Virus record (IMG/VR): IMGVR_UViG_3300010148_005374
Coordinates: 1-61,467 of that record
Reading direction: 5' to 3' (one strand)
Source: a virus
Taxonomy: Duplodnaviria > Caudoviricetes
Length of the DNA: 61,467 nucleotides
The notes under the pieces are model-generated. The model was not told the origin of the DNA and did not search any database. It saw only the letters and a list, made by a program, of their open reading frames with translations. Every line of letters starts with the position of its first letter. Position 1 is the stretch's first letter. A program made the translations under genes and the position numbers. Below are positions 39,223 through 48,616 of this stretch, one piece after another.

Positions 39223-40168
39223 TCATACTCCTGTTTTCTTCAAACCACTCAATCGTTTCTTGAATACCTTCTTCAAGGCTAATTGTTGTCTCGAACCCTA
39301 CTTCTTTTGCACGAGCAGAATCAAGGATTCTCTTCTTGTCCCCAGTTGGCTTGTCTGTCTGCCAGACTACATCAAGATCCTTAGGGCATTTGTCAACAAC
39401 GATATCCACAATCTGCTTGATTGCGATCCCTTCACCACTTCCAAGGTTAACAGGTTTTGTTACTTTATTGTCTACCATATGAAGCATACCCAAAGCTACA
39501 TCTCTGGAGTGGATAAAATCTCTAATCGGAGAGCCATCTCCCCAAACTTCCAGTTTATCGTTTTCAAACGCTTTGCGAATCAACGAAGGGATGACCATTG
39601 CATTCTCTGGGTCAAAGTTATCGTATGGTCCGTAAACGTTTGCGGGCCTTACAATTGAAACACAGTCCCAACCATATTGGATACTATATGCTTCTGCTTG
39701 CAACTCTCCAATTCTCTTAGCCCAGCCAGCAAACCTATCGTTGTTCGACGGAAAAGTTGACCAAACATCATCTTCTCTGAAGACTTCCGCTGGATGATAA
39801 ACGCCCACACTACTAGTATACAAATACCACTTTACTCCCGCACGCCTTGCTGCTTCCATCATATTGGTATTGAACTGGAGCATAGGAACCATAAAGTCTG
39901 CTGGCTGTTCCTTGCACATTTTTGGGGAGCCTTTAACGCCCACCAAGTTAAAAACATAATCCATACCTTCACAAACTTCCTGACAAGCAGAAAAGTCTGT
40001 AAGATCTGCAAGCTTGTACATCACACCGTCAGGCAGTCCCCTCGGAGGGTCCAAAGATACAACGTATACCTTAGCCCCTCTCTCCACTAACAGATCAACA
40101 AGTTGGCGACCTATCATTCCAGTCCCGCCAGTAACTAAAACACTTTGGTTTTTAAAATCAACAGTCAT
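39191..40168 (-). CDS. Extended SDR, GDP-fucose synthase / ColC-like
   Basis: VLVTGGTGMIG, YTSSVGVY, RPANVYGPYDNFD, VWGDGSPIRDFIH. The YxxxK position reads AGWAK. Confidence 0.75.
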   Translation of the reverse strand: MTVDFKNQSVLVTGGTGMIGRQLVDLLVERGAKVYVVSLDPPRGLPDGVMYKLADLTDFSACQEVCEGMDYVFNLVGVKGSPKMCKEQPADFMVPMLQFNTNMMEAARRAGVKWYLYTSSVGVYHPAEVFREDDVWSTFPSNNDRFAGWAKRIGELQAEAYSIQYGWDCVSIVRPANVYGPYDNFDPENAMVIPSLIRKAFENDKLEVWGDGSPIRDFIHSRDVALGMLHMVDNKVTKPVNLGSGEGIAIKQIVDIVVDKCPKDLDVVWQTDKPTGDKKRILDSARAKEVGFETTISLEEGIQETIEWFEENRSMIDDRHNAFRK

Positions 40169-41351
40169 TTATAACCTCACACAATTTAATAATATTTTCT
40201 TCTTCAAGTTCAGTATGGTTACCAATATAAAGCCCAAAATCATGTATGTGATCTGAGATTTCTAAGTCACCTACAATCCTATGATCGTACTTTTCTAGAT
40301 AAGGTTGTCTGGCTTGGTTGCCACCACCAGCAGTTCCAATGCGATACTCTACTCTTTCTTGTTGCAAAACAGAGCAGACTCTCTCAAACAAATCTTTATC
40401 TTTTTCTCTAAGAATTAGTGGCAGTGCAAAACTACTGTTTCCTTCTTCAAGATAGTTTGTTTGAAATTTGCTAGTATCTAAGTTACTAATCCAAGTCTTA
40501 AAATTTTCTGCTCTAATCGTAGCTGCCCTATCTAGCCTTCCTAATTGTTCAAGGCCCAACACAGCATTAAATTCTGTATTCCTCAAATTATAGCCAGGAA
40601 CAGCAAAAAGAAATAAAGGATTTAAGTCTGGGTATTTCGCTGTATATGTGTTATACACTTCATCCCCAGCTTCTCTAATCATTCCATGTGACCTAAACAT
40701 CTTTGCTAGCTCATAGATATTCTTGTCATTTGTGCAAACAACCCCGCCTTCAACTGTTGTAATGTGGTGCCCAAAATAAAAAGAAAAGTTTGACATATCG
40801 CCAACAGTTCCAATTTTTTTCCCATCAAACGTAGCGCCGTGAGACTCGCAACAATCCTCAATCAAAATTAGGTTGTGTTTTTCTGCAAGTTCTACAAGCT
40901 TGTCAGTCAAGCCATTAAAACCTAAGGCGTGAACAAGAACAATGCCAACTGTTTTGTCTGTGATTGCGTTTTCAATATTTTCAGCAGTGATGGCCAGACT
41001 TTCTGGGTCAACGTCTACAAACACAGGGGTCATCCCCAAATTGACTACTGGGGCAATATCAGAAACCCACCCAATGGGTGGAACAATAACCTCGCCATCT
41101 CCTTTAATCTCTTTCATAATTGAAGTCATAATGTAGTTGGCAGACGCACCAGAGTTTACAAAGACTGTATACTTAACTCCAAGCCAATCAGACCAAGCTT
41201 GCTCAAACTTTTTTACATACTTTGATTGAGTAAATCTAACATTCGGCTCTTGAAGCCACTTAATTAGAGCAGCTTTATCCTCCTCTGTTATATTGTCATT
41301 TATCAAAGGCCAGGAAAAACTATTTTGTTCCATAGAACTCTCCATGTTCAA
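40158..41351 (-). CDS. PLP/PMP-dependent GDP-4-keto-6-deoxymannose 3-dehydratase-like enzyme (ColD type)
   Basis: DegT fold (FVNSGASAN, EDCCESHGA) with SFYFGHHITTVEGG, where His replaces the Schiff-base Lys. No Fe-S Cys cluster. GYNLR. In the same cassette as gmd. The start may be 41345 or 41333. Confidence 0.75.
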   Translation of the reverse strand: MNMESSMEQNSFSWPLINDNITEEDKAALIKWLQEPNVRFTQSKYVKKFEQAWSDWLGVKYTVFVNSGASANYIMTSIMKEIKGDGEVIVPPIGWVSDIAPVVNLGMTPVFVDVDPESLAITAENIENAITDKTVGIVLVHALGFNGLTDKLVELAEKHNLILIEDCCESHGATFDGKKIGTVGDMSNFSFYFGHHITTVEGGVVCTNDKNIYELAKMFRSHGMIREAGDEVYNTYTAKYPDLNPLFLFAVPGYNLRNTEFNAVLGLEQLGRLDRAATIRAENFKTWISNLDTSKFQTNYLEEGNSSFALPLILREKDKDLFERVCSVLQQERVEYRIGTAGGGNQARQPYLEKYDHRIVGDLEISDHIHDFGLYIGNHTELEEENIIKLCEVINDC

Positions 41352-41856
41352 TTATTAATGTTGATTTTGAATCTGGTCTTTCATAAGCCTCCTTGAAGGC
41401 TGGGAATATATCCTCTGGCTCATAAAGATCAACAACATTTACCTCGGTTAACATTTTGCGAAAAGCCTCTGTATGATCCTGGGTATGTTGTGGTCCTGCA
41501 TCAATAGGGTTTTTTGTACCGACAGCAACCCTTATAATCACACGAGGAGTCATTTCTCCCTTTGACATATCTCTCATCTTATCAAGATGGTTTACTAGTT
41601 GATTACAGGCTAAGATAAAGAAATCAAATCGAGGATACATTGTGATTGGCACATATCCTTCTAGGGCCATCCCTGTTGAGATGCCCATCTGTGTTTCCTC
41701 AAACACAGGTAGTTCAATTCTTTTTTCATCGGGTACTTCAACTAGGGTGCTAGAAATTGCGTGTCCACTAACCTTACAAGCTTGCCCAAGAAATATTGTA
41801 TCTCTTTGTTTTGCAAGCCAGTTCATTGATCTGATAAGTTCGCTTTTATATTTCAT
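41320..41856 (-). CDS. ThDP-dependent enzyme, beta subunit (pyrimidine-binding domain only)
   Basis: IFLGQ, ELPVFEETQMG..GMALEG, NQLVNHL, GPQHTQ. No transketolase C-terminal domain. Start at 41856 (TAATG overlap). Confidence 0.8.
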   Translation of the reverse strand: MKYKSELIRSMNWLAKQRDTIFLGQACKVSGHAISSTLVEVPDEKRIELPVFEETQMGISTGMALEGYVPITMYPRFDFFILACNQLVNHLDKMRDMSKGEMTPRVIIRVAVGTKNPIDAGPQHTQDHTEAFRKMLTEVNVVDLYEPEDIFPAFKEAYERPDSKSTLIIEHGEFYGTK

Positions 41857-42482
41857 TAAAAATTTACCCACTTTCCTGTTCCGTGGTGAGGATATTCCAT
41901 TTCATACTTGTAATAAATAACGCCATCAGGCACCTCTTGTTTTTCACCCCAGGCCATATCTGTTGGAGTGTGGACGCTCATATCATTATCCTCGACAACC
42001 CACTGAATAGGTAGGTCAAAGTTCTTACTATATTTGTAAGCCTCGTGGAACACCCCTGTCTCCATAGTCATATCGCCAACAAAGCACCAAACACGATTGT
42101 TTTTGCCTTTTTGTTTGATCCCCAAAGCGACGCCTAATGCGAGAGGTATAATACCACCAACAATCGATGATGCATAAAAGTTTGGTTTTAGATTATTAGT
42201 TCCCATACTTCTTCCCTCTACAATTGAATTAAACAATTTGTCAGGATCAACTCCGTGCAAAAGAGCGTGATAATGGTTTCTCCAAGGAACAAAAACCCAG
42301 TCATCGGGACTTATATACTGAAATATTTCTATTAGTTCATTTTCATTATTCTTAGCTAGATGAATTGGTCCTTTAATTTTTCCGGCTTCATATGTCTCTT
42401 TAACTTTTGTCTCAAAATCAATTAGATCCTGAGGAGTCAAAGACACCTCTCTAACTTTCTCTAAATGGTTAGGTATGTTCAT
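41856..42482 (-). CDS. ThDP-dependent enzyme, E1-alpha-like subunit
   Basis: GPIHL, WRNHYHALLHG, SSIVGG, VGDMTMETGVFHE...VVEDN (variant of the GDG..N ThDP motif), YPHHG. Confidence 0.8.
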   Translation of the reverse strand: MNIPNHLEKVREVSLTPQDLIDFETKVKETYEAGKIKGPIHLAKNNENELIEIFQYISPDDWVFVPWRNHYHALLHGVDPDKLFNSIVEGRSMGTNNLKPNFYASSIVGGIIPLALGVALGIKQKGKNNRVWCFVGDMTMETGVFHEAYKYSKNFDLPIQWVVEDNDMSVHTPTDMAWGEKQEVPDGVIYYKYEMEYPHHGTGKWVNF

Positions 42483-42961
42483 TTATCCCTCGCCTGTAAA
42501 ATTGGATTGTCTATTGGCCAGTTTATACTAACACGAGTATCATTCCACTTTAAGGTAAATTGTTGATCAACATCTGAATACTGTCCTTCGTATGCTAGTT
42601 TGTAGCTAAAGACGGCAGAATCGCTCATAACACAAAAACCATTCCCAAAACCAGGAGGCAATAAAACCTGTCTTCTATCTTTGTCATCAAGCATCATACA
42701 ATCCCATTTCAAATAATTTTTTGATTCTTGTCGATTGTCAACTACAACAAAATACAATTCACCTTGCAGGCAACTTACTAACTTCCAAGTCTTATAGTCG
42801 CCATGAATTCCTCGTATAACATTTTTTCGAGAAGAAGAAAACTTATCGTGTACAAAGTTTAAATCTACTGGGAATGTATTCTTTTTATATGTTGTCCAGA
42901 TATCTCCACGATACTCCCTAAACATATCAGCTTCAAAAATTTTAACTTCTGAAAAAAGCAT
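42479..42961 (-). CDS. rmlC: NDP-4-keto-6-deoxyhexose 3,5-epimerase (RmlC family)
   Basis: EYRG, SRKNVIRGIHG, KLVSC..GE..FVVVD.R, LPPGFGNGF, WND....INWP. Confidence 0.8.
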   Translation of the reverse strand: MLFSEVKIFEADMFREYRGDIWTTYKKNTFPVDLNFVHDKFSSSRKNVIRGIHGDYKTWKLVSCLQGELYFVVVDNRQESKNYLKWDCMMLDDKDRRQVLLPPGFGNGFCVMSDSAVFSYKLAYEGQYSDVDQQFTLKWNDTRVSINWPIDNPILQARDK

Positions 42962-42963
42962 TG

Positions 42964-43362
42964 CTACCAGCTAATATCCCAGTCCTTAAAATCGGCAGCT
43001 AAACAATCTATCTTATAATCTTTTCGTCCGCCAGCAATCTCTTGAATTTTATTTTTGGCCGTATTACGAATACCATTAAGACCGTGAGTTAATTCCAAGT
43101 TGTTACCATCCTTTATACCTTTTCTATAATTTGATTCGTTATGCCAAATATGAAGATTCATCTGGGATAATACAACCACGGCTCTGATAACTTCTGCGTC
43201 TACATTTTTTGTTTCTTTTAGACACAAATCTATATCGTGAACAATGTCTTTAATCTCTTGTGCATATTCTTCTTTGTGATCAGTAATAAACACCTCTTTA
43301 AGTTGGGCGATAGACAGCCTATCAATCAATTCTGAGAGTGTTGGTAAATATTTTCTAGTCAT
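42964..43362 (-). CDS. Hypothetical helical protein of glycan loci (DUF4254/DUF6165-like)
   Basis: 132 aa with LSELIDRLSIAQLK...NLHIWHNE...LNGIRN..KNKI, a pattern recalled from these DUF families (not searched). Confidence 0.55.
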   Translation of the reverse strand: MTRKYLPTLSELIDRLSIAQLKEVFITDHKEEYAQEIKDIVHDIDLCLKETKNVDAEVIRAVVVLSQMNLHIWHNESNYRKGIKDGNNLELTHGLNGIRNTAKNKIQEIAGGRKDYKIDCLAADFKDWDISW

Positions 43363-44278
43363 CTAGTAGCTCCGGAAATTCGTTTATTAAGTTTGTAGCA
43401 AAAGTATCATCCATTGAGATGTATTTTTTAGCTAGCTCATAGTTTTCTTTAACTGCATCAAGTTTACTTTCGTACAAGTTTTCAGAAAGATTGTCAAGTA
43501 TATTAAAAAGCTCTTGCCCTGTGTTAAAATGTAAAATACCGTCTTCATTAAAATATTCACCAATATTTGGACAGCCCCAAAAAATTGGAATTGTACCCTG
43601 TCGGAACACATCTACCAAAGTTTCTGTAAAATAGTTTTTTTCACTCGAATTCATAATCGTAATACTGAATCTGTAATCCTGTAGAGGTTCGTTTTTTCCC
43701 TCTCTAATGGCTCCAGCAGTTCTTCCAGATATGCTTTTCCCAAAGGGTTGATATCCACCACCCCACATATCAACTTCATACCTACCCTTAATAGCTTCTG
43801 CTACTTTGTGTCTCAGTCTGTGTCCACGGGTTAAAACTTGTTTAGACGCAATCATTGATAGCATTTTACTCTTTTTATGAATACCCGCATCCTCATGTGA
43901 GACCCTCGATGTGCCGATCAGGTTTTTAACATACTTGTCACCTCTTGACAATAACTCCTCATCAAAAGTAAAAATCTTATCAAATTTGTGCTCAACTCGC
44001 TTAATTTGTTCGTAGGCCCAATCATGTACCCCACGACACTCAACAATAAAAGCAACCTTGCGTTTTGACTTAACTTTATCCACCCAAGGGTCAACTAAAT
44101 TTTTATCGGTAAACACTGTAATACCGTTAAATTCTGGATATCCCATTCCAATACTTTGCTTCATCCATTCAATCTTTTGAGGTTCAAATTCGCTTGAAAA
44201 ATTGTGGAAGCCCCAAAATTCATCATAAAATTCTGGAGTGAGATTATCAAATAAATTTACCTTTACTTTTTTAGTCAC
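43355..44278 (-). CDS. Glycosyltransferase family 10 (alpha-1,3-fucosyltransferase-like)
   Basis: YRFSITIMNSSEKNYFTETLVD.F..GTIPIFWGCPNI is a divergent GT10 motif. Also SMIAS.K....GHRLR. Confidence 0.75.
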   Translation of the reverse strand: MTKKVKVNLFDNLTPEFYDEFWGFHNFSSEFEPQKIEWMKQSIGMGYPEFNGITVFTDKNLVDPWVDKVKSKRKVAFIVECRGVHDWAYEQIKRVEHKFDKIFTFDEELLSRGDKYVKNLIGTSRVSHEDAGIHKKSKMLSMIASKQVLTRGHRLRHKVAEAIKGRYEVDMWGGGYQPFGKSISGRTAGAIREGKNEPLQDYRFSITIMNSSEKNYFTETLVDVFRQGTIPIFWGCPNIGEYFNEDGILHFNTGQELFNILDNLSENLYESKLDAVKENYELAKKYISMDDTFATNLINEFPELLDD

Positions 44279-44636
44279 CTTTTACCACCCTATAACTGTC
44301 ACTATCAAAATGTTGTGTTGAAAACTCAAATAATTCTGAATCTTCTAACGCTATCATTTGATGTCTTAGTCCCACATAAACATAGAAGTTATCTCCTGGG
44401 TTAAGGACCACTTCTTTTGCTTCGTCAAGACTATCTGTGTCTCCATACTTTACAATCATTCTACCAGACTGCAAGTAAAAAACTTCATCTTTTATTTTAT
44501 GATAATGCCAAGAGCATCTTTTATCTTTGTTAAAGAATAGTAACTTGCCACAATACTCCTCTTTGTTAACGATCCAACGTTCAAAGCCCCAGCCTTTGTC
44601 AACGTGTTTCATATCTAGTGAAACTTTGTTTACCAT
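44271..44636 (-). CDS. Cupin-fold sugar(-phosphate) isomerase-like protein
   Basis: KGWGFERWI...YCGKLL...CSWHYHKIKDEVFY...RHQM...EFST. Confidence 0.75.
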   Translation of the reverse strand: MVNKVSLDMKHVDKGWGFERWIVNKEEYCGKLLFFNKDKRCSWHYHKIKDEVFYLQSGRMIVKYGDTDSLDEAKEVVLNPGDNFYVYVGLRHQMIALEDSELFEFSTQHFDSDSYRVVKGD

Positions 44637-45457
44637 ACTGTTTTACCACCATCAATAACCATATTCTCACCAGTCATATAGGTGCTAGCATCCGAGCACA
44701 GAAATGCAATCGCACCTTTATATTCATCAATATGGGCCATTCGACCCATTGGGATAATATTAGATAATTTCTTAACAAATTCCTCTGGGTGATCATTGTA
44801 GACACCTGTTGGACTTAGGCAATTAACTCTAATGTTTTTATTTGCAAAATATACGGCCAGATATTTTGTCATGCCAATAATAGCCCACTTCGCTGCTGAA
44901 TATGTAATTGGCTTAACATTTTGCATATCTTCTGCAACGTCTGGCTTTCTATAAATTCTTTGATCTGGGGCGATGACACCAAGGTCAGAGGAGATATTAA
45001 GAATTACACCCCTTTGGTCATTCTCTAGCATTTTGTTAGCAGCAACTTGCGAACAAATAAAAGTTCCGTTAACGGCTGCATCAATACCCTCTGACCAATA
45101 CTCTTGAGACATTGTTTCAAACCTTGAGTCTGGTTTAAGTCCACCGCCCTTTTTAACCTTTGGATCTTTGGCTGCATTGTTAATCAAAATATCAATGGTA
45201 TCATATTTTGAAAATACTTGTTCAACTTCGCTCTTGTTTGTTACATCCATACGATGAGAAGTAGCTACAAGTTTACCATATTTTTTATTCAACTCTTCTG
45301 CTCTGGTAATTGCTCGATCCTCGTGATGATCTGTTATGACCACCTGTGCTCCACATTCAATTAGTGCCTCTGCATGTTTTGGCCCCAGCAATCCACCGCC
45401 GCCAGTTATTAGTGCTGTTTTACCAGTCAAATCAAATAAGTCAGGAGTTCGTTGCAT
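44630..45457 (-). CDS. Classical SDR oxidoreductase (PtmA-like)
   Basis: ITGGGGLLG, LINNAA, NISSDLG, YSAAK, RVNCLSP. Start placed at ATG 45457. Confidence 0.85.
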   Translation of the reverse strand: MQRTPDLFDLTGKTALITGGGGLLGPKHAEALIECGAQVVITDHHEDRAITRAEELNKKYGKLVATSHRMDVTNKSEVEQVFSKYDTIDILINNAAKDPKVKKGGGLKPDSRFETMSQEYWSEGIDAAVNGTFICSQVAANKMLENDQRGVILNISSDLGVIAPDQRIYRKPDVAEDMQNVKPITYSAAKWAIIGMTKYLAVYFANKNIRVNCLSPTGVYNDHPEEFVKKLSNIIPMGRMAHIDEYKGAIAFLCSDASTYMTGENMVIDGGKTVW

Positions 45458-46214
45458 GATATATCCTTTCAAAAATATTCTTATGCTGTTTCATAGTCAT
45501 CAATTCAGAGCCCGTAACACCACGAGCAGTCTGCATAGTGTATAGGTTATTATAGTTTAGGGTTGACAAAGTGTTAAAAATCTCATCAAACGGAGTATCG
45601 CCGCTAAGTGGGATAACAGTTTTTGCGTCAAATGTCCTGTCCTTCAAATGAACGTTACTTATCCTGCTGTGTGTTTTTTGGATATAATCCTTATGGTCAA
45701 TCCTTTCAGAGGTTATGTTTCCTGTATCATAGGTAATCCAAAAATTATTACTTTCCTTAACTATATCTAAAACATTCTCTGCTGTAGTTTCGGCCTCAAA
45801 CGAGAAATTTAACCCTGGGTATTTGTCAGCATATTTTAGTATTTCTTGTTTAAATGCTTGTCTTCTTTGTGTGTCGTATATGGCACTCTTCTCTAGTAGT
45901 GGAACTGTAACCCACATCACTTTATTGTCAATAGCAGCTTTACAGATTGGGTCTAAGTTATCACGCAAAAATCCACTTTGAGTGAATCGATCATCAACAA
46001 GATTATCAGCACATAGTGAACTGATAGGAAATCTAGAACAATCCTTAGAGAAGATTGCATTATAACCAAAAGATCTAGTTGTTACAATCCACTCAATGTG
46101 GTTCAGTCCTAAGTTTTTTGCCCTATCAAACTCCTCTTCCCAACAAACTGGAAATTCTTGAATACCACCGTCTTCAGGTCTAAGTAATCTTCCTTGTATC
46201 ATTCCAAGTTTCAT
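45441..46214 (-). CDS. Xylose-isomerase-like TIM barrel (hexulose/ribulose-phosphate 3-epimerase-like)
   Basis: LGMIQGRL, IEW, FEAE, YDTGN, VHLKDR. Confidence 0.75.
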   Translation of the reverse strand: MKLGMIQGRLLRPEDGGIQEFPVCWEEEFDRAKNLGLNHIEWIVTTRSFGYNAIFSKDCSRFPISSLCADNLVDDRFTQSGFLRDNLDPICKAAIDNKVMWVTVPLLEKSAIYDTQRRQAFKQEILKYADKYPGLNFSFEAETTAENVLDIVKESNNFWITYDTGNITSERIDHKDYIQKTHSRISNVHLKDRTFDAKTVIPLSGDTPFDEIFNTLSTLNYNNLYTMQTARGVTGSELMTMKQHKNIFERIYHATNS

Positions 46215-46636
46215 CAAATTTCCTCCACTAGTTCTATAAAAGTTCCATCGGGATCTTTACAAAAAACAACCCTTGCAAATCCATCTGGTGAATATTGTGG
46301 CTCACTAACAAACTCAACTCCTGTTAACACAAGGTCGTTATATGTTTTTTCTAAATTGTCAACAGTCATAGCAAAATGAGTGCAACCAATATTGGTTAAC
46401 CTGCCTGGTGTCGGCATCTCCTGGTGATTTTTAAAATGAAGAAGTTCCACCATCCCCCCATCCCTCAAGCTCATTTTAACTGTATTGACCTCGCCATTAT
46501 CTATAGAGAGTAAACTATCAATGTAAGGGCCAGACTCTATCATATCTTTTTTTATCTCAAACCCCAGACTCTTGTAGAAGGCTATGGACCTCTGCATATC
46601 TGTTACAACTATTCCAGTATGTCTAATGTTTAACAT
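46214..46636 (-). CDS. VOC/glyoxalase-family protein
   Basis: RHTGIVVTDM..S..FY..LGF, VELL, THFAMTV, FCKDPDGTFIELVE. Confidence 0.85.
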   Translation of the reverse strand: MLNIRHTGIVVTDMQRSIAFYKSLGFEIKKDMIESGPYIDSLLSIDNGEVNTVKMSLRDGGMVELLHFKNHQEMPTPGRLTNIGCTHFAMTVDNLEKTYNDLVLTGVEFVSEPQYSPDGFARVVFCKDPDGTFIELVEEI

Positions 46637-46638
46637 GA

Positions 46639-47904
46639 CTAAATGTTCTTATTGATACATTGCTCTATTACATTAAAAGCTTCGTTAATAGCTTCAATGG
46701 GTAAAGTTAATGGTGGTCCTAATTTTATTGACTCTCTAAAAGTGCAGACTGGTAGGACTCCATTTTCAATACAATCAGTAACAATTTTGTTCGTTCTTTC
46801 TGTTGTATCAAAAACAATACCAGCCACCATACCCCTAGCGTTAACATTAGTAACACAATCATAGTCAAGAAGTTTATGACTTCTCTTTTCAAAAACCTGT
46901 ATTCTTTTATTAAGTTCCTTTTGAAACTTTTTATCTGTTAAGAATTTTATGTTTGCTAGACAAGCTGCACACCCCAAAGTATTTCCGGCGTGTGTGCCAC
47001 TTAGATTAGCGTTTAAATCGACATCAATAATTTCTTTTGTTCCAAGTATAGCTGACATAGGAATTGACGAAGATATGCCTTTTCCAAGACAAATAAGATC
47101 TGGCTCTATGTTATCACCATAGGTCATGTATCCATATAACTCACCCATCCTATAGAACCCTGATTGAACCTCATCAAAACAAATAAGTGCTCCATTGTCT
47201 CTTGCAAACTTATAAAGAGCTTGAATATATTGAGGTGGGTACATCCAGGCGGCCCAGCCTTGATACGTCTCTAGGAAAAATGCTGCGATCTGATCAGCAG
47301 GTGGTAGGATATTAGGATCAAACTCAACATCTGGATCTACAGGAAAGTCTATAAACACCACATCATCATCTACCATAGAAGACCATTCTGTTGCATCTTT
47401 AGACCCACATATAAAGGCCGACCCGAGAACTCTTCCGTGATAACTACCGTTAAAAGTTATAATATATTTTTTGTTATTCTTTTTTGCCCAAGATTTAACC
47501 AGTCGATAGGCTGCATCAGTAGCTTCAGAACCAGTATTAAGAAGTATCGATTTTTCAAAGTGATTAGGAGAAACCTCTAAAAGCTTGTTAACATATTCCT
47601 GTCTTATCTCGGTTATATACTGGTAGGCGAATATTAGATCAGAATCAACCTGATCTTTGATAGCTTTTTTAATTTGTGGATTAGCATGACCAGCATTAGT
47701 GACAAATATGCCAGAAGTCATATCAATCCATTTGTTGCCATCCTTATCAAAGACATTATAATCGTATGCACGATCCCAAACGACCGGCACTTGGTGTCCG
47801 TTTGCTTCGGTCTCTGTAGAGTATCGCTTATCGTGTAATTTGTTTTTCTTTAAACTGTAGCCATTGTTTATGGATCTATGATTTGTTTTTACTTTTTGCT
47901 TCAT
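46639..47904 (-). CDS. Class-III PLP-dependent aminotransferase
   Basis: DKDGNKWIDM..G...NAGH, NTGSEA, SYHG, FDEVQSGF.R.G, PDLICLGKG. Confidence 0.9.
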   Translation of the reverse strand: MKQKVKTNHRSINNGYSLKKNKLHDKRYSTETEANGHQVPVVWDRAYDYNVFDKDGNKWIDMTSGIFVTNAGHANPQIKKAIKDQVDSDLIFAYQYITEIRQEYVNKLLEVSPNHFEKSILLNTGSEATDAAYRLVKSWAKKNNKKYIITFNGSYHGRVLGSAFICGSKDATEWSSMVDDDVVFIDFPVDPDVEFDPNILPPADQIAAFFLETYQGWAAWMYPPQYIQALYKFARDNGALICFDEVQSGFYRMGELYGYMTYGDNIEPDLICLGKGISSSIPMSAILGTKEIIDVDLNANLSGTHAGNTLGCAACLANIKFLTDKKFQKELNKRIQVFEKRSHKLLDYDCVTNVNARGMVAGIVFDTTERTNKIVTDCIENGVLPVCTFRESIKLGPPLTLPIEAINEAFNVIEQCINKNI

Positions 47905-48616
47905 TTAATTTATCCAACAACTTATGACCTCTTGTGGCCAGATGATAATCTATAAGTTCAAACTCATACTCAGTGTCAACCTCCAAAACAAAATCAGTGA
48001 TTATAGGCAAGACCGTTTCTCCAAACGCATCACCATCTTGAAGTGTAACTCTTTTTACAATGTCTAAATAACCATTTGGTTGGTAGGCTGCTGGAAACAC
48101 TTGTCTTGGTAAGTTTGTGTAATTTTTTTCTCCTTTGAAGTCTTCAAAAAACCCACAACAATAACCGTTCTTATCAAGTTGAAACATCTTATGAGGAGAT
48201 TCAGGCAACTTGTGCATTGACCTTACGCCAGTCGAAACAAGTATCTTAGTATGAAAATATCTTTTAATCTCTTCGTCTATGACTTCTGGATCTCTTAGAG
48301 GCGTAGTAGGCCTGACATAAGCAATATCAGACCCCCCTAGAGAATCAAAATAATGTTGTATTACTTCCTCATCCCTAGATCGGTCACCAGCTAATTCAGA
48401 TGGCCTTAAGAACGGAACCTCTGCCCCATACTGTAAGGCCACATTAGCGATTTCTTGATCGTCTGTAGATACAATAACTTTATTGATCATTTTCGATTGC
48501 TGGCAAGCAATGATCGAATAAGCTATTAGCGGGTGACCGTGAAGGAGTTTAATATTCTTCTTGGGTAAACCTTTACTGCCGCCCCTTGCAGGTATTAGAG
48601 CATCTATTTTACTCAC
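47876..48616 (-). CDS. neuA: Acylneuraminate (nonulosonic acid) cytidylyltransferase
   Basis: IPARGGSKGLPKKNI, VSTDD, PFLRP.ELA, PTTPLR, YQPNG, EVDTE. Confidence 0.9.
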   Translation of the reverse strand: MSKIDALIPARGGSKGLPKKNIKLLHGHPLIAYSIIACQQSKMINKVIVSTDDQEIANVALQYGAEVPFLRPSELAGDRSRDEEVIQHYFDSLGGSDIAYVRPTTPLRDPEVIDEEIKRYFHTKILVSTGVRSMHKLPESPHKMFQLDKNGYCCGFFEDFKGEKNYTNLPRQVFPAAYQPNGYLDIVKRVTLQDGDAFGETVLPIITDFVLEVDTEYEFELIDYHLATRGHKLLDKLNEAKSKNKS

